Assembly (NCBI GenBank): GCA_903901225.1
Contig: CAIUQE010000020.1
Location: forward strand, 5,092 to 69,091
DNA length: 64,000 nt
From: Candidatus Omnitrophota bacterium
GTDB lineage: Bacteria; Omnitrophota; Gorgyraeia; Zapsychrales; Fredricksoniimonadaceae
Reading direction: 5' to 3'
Part shown: one piece after another, positions 61,352 to 64,000 of the stretch
Layout: every line of letters starts with the position of its first letter
How positions within the stretch are numbered: the first letter of the stretch is position 1
The notes under the pieces: model-generated
Told to the model about the DNA's origin: nothing
What the model saw: only the letters and a program-made list of their open reading frames with translations
Database searches by the model: none
Position numbers and translations under genes: made by a program

Positions 61352-61948
61352 TCATTGCACCGTCGATGTCACGGTCAGCGTTCCCGTGTAAGCCCCGGGC
61401 GTGTCCGCGTTCGTGAACGGCTCGGCGCCCGCCACGACCGGGAACCCCCGGTAGATCCCCAGCGCGATATCGAGCGAATCACCGCCCAGCTCGGCCGGCG
61501 TCACCGTCACAAGGCCGATGTCCTTGAGCGCCTGCGACGGGTGGGATGCCATCAGGTTTTGCTGGCCCGTGGCCGTCAGGCGCGTGAACGTCAGCACGAC
61601 CTTCGCCCCCAGCGCGTGATTCTGGTTCCCGTTGGGGTTGGCGCCTTCCTTGTAAGACACCGTGACGTTGGGGCTCACCCCCTGGACCGCGGCCACCGTG
61701 ATATAAAAATACGAGGGCGCGTACCAGACCTGGTTCTGCCCGTCATAGAGCAGCGTGCCGAAATCGAACAGCACGTCATTGAGGAGCTGCGCGCTGCCGC
61801 CGGTGACCTTGTAAGCGGACATCGTCGTGCCGCTCACGGTGGGGACAAAGGCCGTGGCCATGAACAACTGGCTGTCAGCCCTCGCCGCCACCGCCTGCAG
61901 GCAGAGCACTCCCGCGATCAGAACAAAACGAAAGAACGATCTCATCAT
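61352..61948 (-). CDS. secreted beta-rich protein, candidate fimbrial/pilin-like subunit (paralog of next)
   Basis: Signal peptide; C-terminal ...GAEPFTNADTPGAYTGTLTVTSTVQ aligns with ...GAEGFTNADVPGAYTGKVTITATAT of the next ORF. Confidence 0.35.
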   Translation of the reverse strand: MMRSFFRFVLIAGVLCLQAVAARADSQLFMATAFVPTVSGTTMSAYKVTGGSAQLLNDVLFDFGTLLYDGQNQVWYAPSYFYITVAAVQGVSPNVTVSYKEGANPNGNQNHALGAKVVLTFTRLTATGQQNLMASHPSQALKDIGLVTVTPAELGGDSLDIALGIYRGFPVVAGAEPFTNADTPGAYTGTLTVTSTVQ

Positions 61949-61957
61949 GCCTCAGCC

Positions 61958-62587
61958 TCAGGTCGCGGTCGCCGTGATGGTCACCTTGCCCGTATACGCC
62001 CCGGGCACATCCGCGTTCGTGAACCCTTCGGCGCCGGTCACCGCCGGGCTTCCCGTGTAAACACCCAGATAGACCCGGCACCAACCCCCGGTCAGCGTGG
62101 CCGAGGTGATGCTCGTGCCCGCGGCCAGCGTGGCCAGCGGCTTGTTCCAGATCAGCGATTCGGTCGGATTCTGCGCGACGCCGCCCACCGGGGCATTGAA
62201 TGTTTCTTTATTGGCCGACGCGACCACCTTGACGCCCAGGCTCTTCGTGGCCCCGGTCGGTTTATTCCCTTCCGTGTACGATATGGACACGGTCGGCGAA
62301 CCCGCGGCGAGGTTGGAAATGTCAACCGCGAAGAACTGGCTGCCCAGCCACATATTGACCGGCTTGGCCACGGTCCCGGGGGTCCATACGAGGTCCCCGA
62401 AATCCATGTTCAAATCCGGGAGCGTCGACGCGGACCACACACCTGCCGCCGTGATCGAATGCGCCACGATGCTCACGCCCGACGAGGGCGGGAGGTTGGT
62501 GCTCAGCGCGTAATCCACCGCGCCCGCCGTTCCCGCCTGGGCGAGGATAACTATACCTGTTAAAAGCAAGCTTAACATCCGTTTCAT
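61958..62587 (-). CDS. secreted beta-rich protein, candidate fimbrial/pilin-like subunit
   Basis: Paralog of 61352-61948; signal peptide. Confidence 0.35.
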   Translation of the reverse strand: MKRMLSLLLTGIVILAQAGTAGAVDYALSTNLPPSSGVSIVAHSITAAGVWSASTLPDLNMDFGDLVWTPGTVAKPVNMWLGSQFFAVDISNLAAGSPTVSISYTEGNKPTGATKSLGVKVVASANKETFNAPVGGVAQNPTESLIWNKPLATLAAGTSITSATLTGGWCRVYLGVYTGSPAVTGAEGFTNADVPGAYTGKVTITATAT

Positions 62588-62602
62588 GTCCTTCTCCTTT
62601 TT

Positions 62603-63982
62603 TTAATTCTGATTCACCGAAAACCTTATCGGAGCCGCGTAATTGCCTCCGCTCATTTGGGTATAACCCTGCAACCTGTAGACAACCTTGAACCGCGCCG
62701 GATCCCCCTGGCTGTCCGAAGAGAACACCGGATACTCGCCGACCTGCATCGGGGCGAATTCCGGGAACTTCGTATGGCCCCTGCCGCCGGGCGCGACCTG
62801 AACCTGGAACGTGAAATACTCCTTCTTCACCTCACTGCCTTTTTCATTCGCCAGCGCCGACGCCAGACCCTGCGTCACCTGGTAGGGCTTGCGCAGGTTG
62901 GTACGGACCGTCACCGTCACTTCCTTCTCCACCGGCGGGCTGATGGGCAGGACATTGGCAAAACTGACGCCTTCCGGCGGGAACGCCATATCCATCGCGA
63001 AAACCGGCGGCACCTCACATTCAAGGTCGATCGGGAATTCCTGGCGCGCGTCATCCGTTTCCACCGTGAACTTCATCTTCGCCGCATAAAGGCCGGCCGC
63101 CTGCAAAGGGCCTTTCACCGGGTCCATCATGAAATACACAAGAAAATCATCGGCCGGCTTTGGGGCTGAATAAATGAGCGTCTTCGCGCGCGCGATCGGC
63201 GAGGGGTCAACCACCCGTATCCCCTGGCCCGAACTGCCCGCGGCAAAGAACCTCACCGCGTCGGCGGCGATCTCCTGCGCGGCCGCGTCCTGCGGCAAAT
63301 TTTCAAACTCCTGGTAAACCCTGACCTCTTTGCCCATATTCCCTGAAAAAGAAACCTTCACGAAATCCGCGGTCTTGTCCGTCGTGTCAATGTCCTTGAT
63401 ATGCACGCGCCCCGCCAGTTTGCCGCCCGTGACCGAAGTTTTCCAATCCGCGGTGCTGTCGAGATAAACGTTCATCAGCACCTGGTCCTGGTTGCCGCCG
63501 CCGGCGGACCTGACCGTAAAAGCGAGCTTGCCCGAAAAATTCCCCGCCGCGTTCATAAGGTCGGGCCGGACCGCGTAAGCGATGGTGAACGCGTCACTCT
63601 CGCCGCCACGGCCTGACGTATACACCAGCTGGTCGCTGAACGTGAGGCCCTCGGCATTCTGCAAGTACAGGGTCCCCGCGCTGTTGGACCCGAGCGCCGC
63701 GGCCGTTTCAATGGCCTTGAGATCCAGCGTTTCGCCTTTTTCATTCACCACAGGCTCAACAACCCGTTGAAAGACCTGGTACTGGGTGCCGCCGTCCGAC
63801 GATACGCGGATGCGCAACTCCTTTTTATTGTCCAGACCGGAAACAACACGCCCCAAACGCAAGGCATTGCTGCCATCCACAGAATTGACAACCAGGTTCA
63901 AGGTCGCGGAAAAAGCCGACCCCTGGCCCAGAAAGAATAAAATGACCAAAAAAAACACTGATTTCATCATATTTCGCCGCAT
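62603..63982 (-). CDS. secreted hypothetical protein (459 aa), first gene of the surface-structure-like operon (candidate tip/adhesin-like component)
   Basis: Signal peptide (LGQGSAFSA); no motif recognised; operon position only. Confidence 0.3.
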   Translation of the reverse strand: MRRNMMKSVFFLVILFFLGQGSAFSATLNLVVNSVDGSNALRLGRVVSGLDNKKELRIRVSSDGGTQYQVFQRVVEPVVNEKGETLDLKAIETAAALGSNSAGTLYLQNAEGLTFSDQLVYTSGRGGESDAFTIAYAVRPDLMNAAGNFSGKLAFTVRSAGGGNQDQVLMNVYLDSTADWKTSVTGGKLAGRVHIKDIDTTDKTADFVKVSFSGNMGKEVRVYQEFENLPQDAAAQEIAADAVRFFAAGSSGQGIRVVDPSPIARAKTLIYSAPKPADDFLVYFMMDPVKGPLQAAGLYAAKMKFTVETDDARQEFPIDLECEVPPVFAMDMAFPPEGVSFANVLPISPPVEKEVTVTVRTNLRKPYQVTQGLASALANEKGSEVKKEYFTFQVQVAPGGRGHTKFPEFAPMQVGEYPVFSSDSQGDPARFKVVYRLQGYTQMSGGNYAAPIRFSVNQN

Positions 63983-64000
63983 TGGATGTTGAAAATATAA

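Overview
High-GC (~60%) bacterial chromosomal window, probably from a Gram-negative organism (several OMP-like proteins ending in Phe), densely packed with genes on both strands. Four blocks stand out. (1) 1-12.4 kb is an accessory-looking biosynthetic locus with six radical SAM enzymes (four with SPASM/twitch-like Cys-rich C-termini), two tandem paralogous GT-B glycosyltransferase-like genes, a DegT-family aminotransferase, a NodB/CE4-like deacetylase, a 283-aa hypothetical protein and an A24 (prepilin-peptidase-like) membrane aspartic peptidase homolog. I found no precursor-peptide ORF in the window, so the product is unknown; this is the best candidate for an undescribed system. (2) 12.4-35 kb is housekeeping: pgi, mnmA, a birA-bioF-bioH-bioC-bioDA operon with a candidate BirA operator, tRNA-Leu and tRNA-Ala, rlmN, accA, an L,D-transpeptidase, yifB/comM, a carbamoyltransferase-SxtJ-DUF5989 triad, PilZ/receiver/CBS signalling genes, hisI and polyamine genes (pyruvoyl arginine decarboxylase, deoxyhypusine-synthase-like). 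(3) 35-45 kb has a lower-GC island encoding a 978-aa secreted protein, an OMP, a tiny Lys/Cys-rich ORF, tRNA-Arg(CCG), aguA/aguB and an 840-aa OMP. (4) 45-64 kb has an rRNA-methyltransferase-like gene, an N-terminally truncated Rho directly downstream of a cspA-type gene, an arginase-family/class-III aminotransferase/MtnX-like HAD/alpha-beta hydrolase group, a two-component system, a RelE/ParE-AbrB toxin-antitoxin cassette flanked by direct copies of a ~50-bp palindromic repeat, an ABC-F ATPase, YgiQ radical SAM, and a five-gene secreted/surface-structure locus. All calls rest on motif recognition from the translations; no database search was possible.
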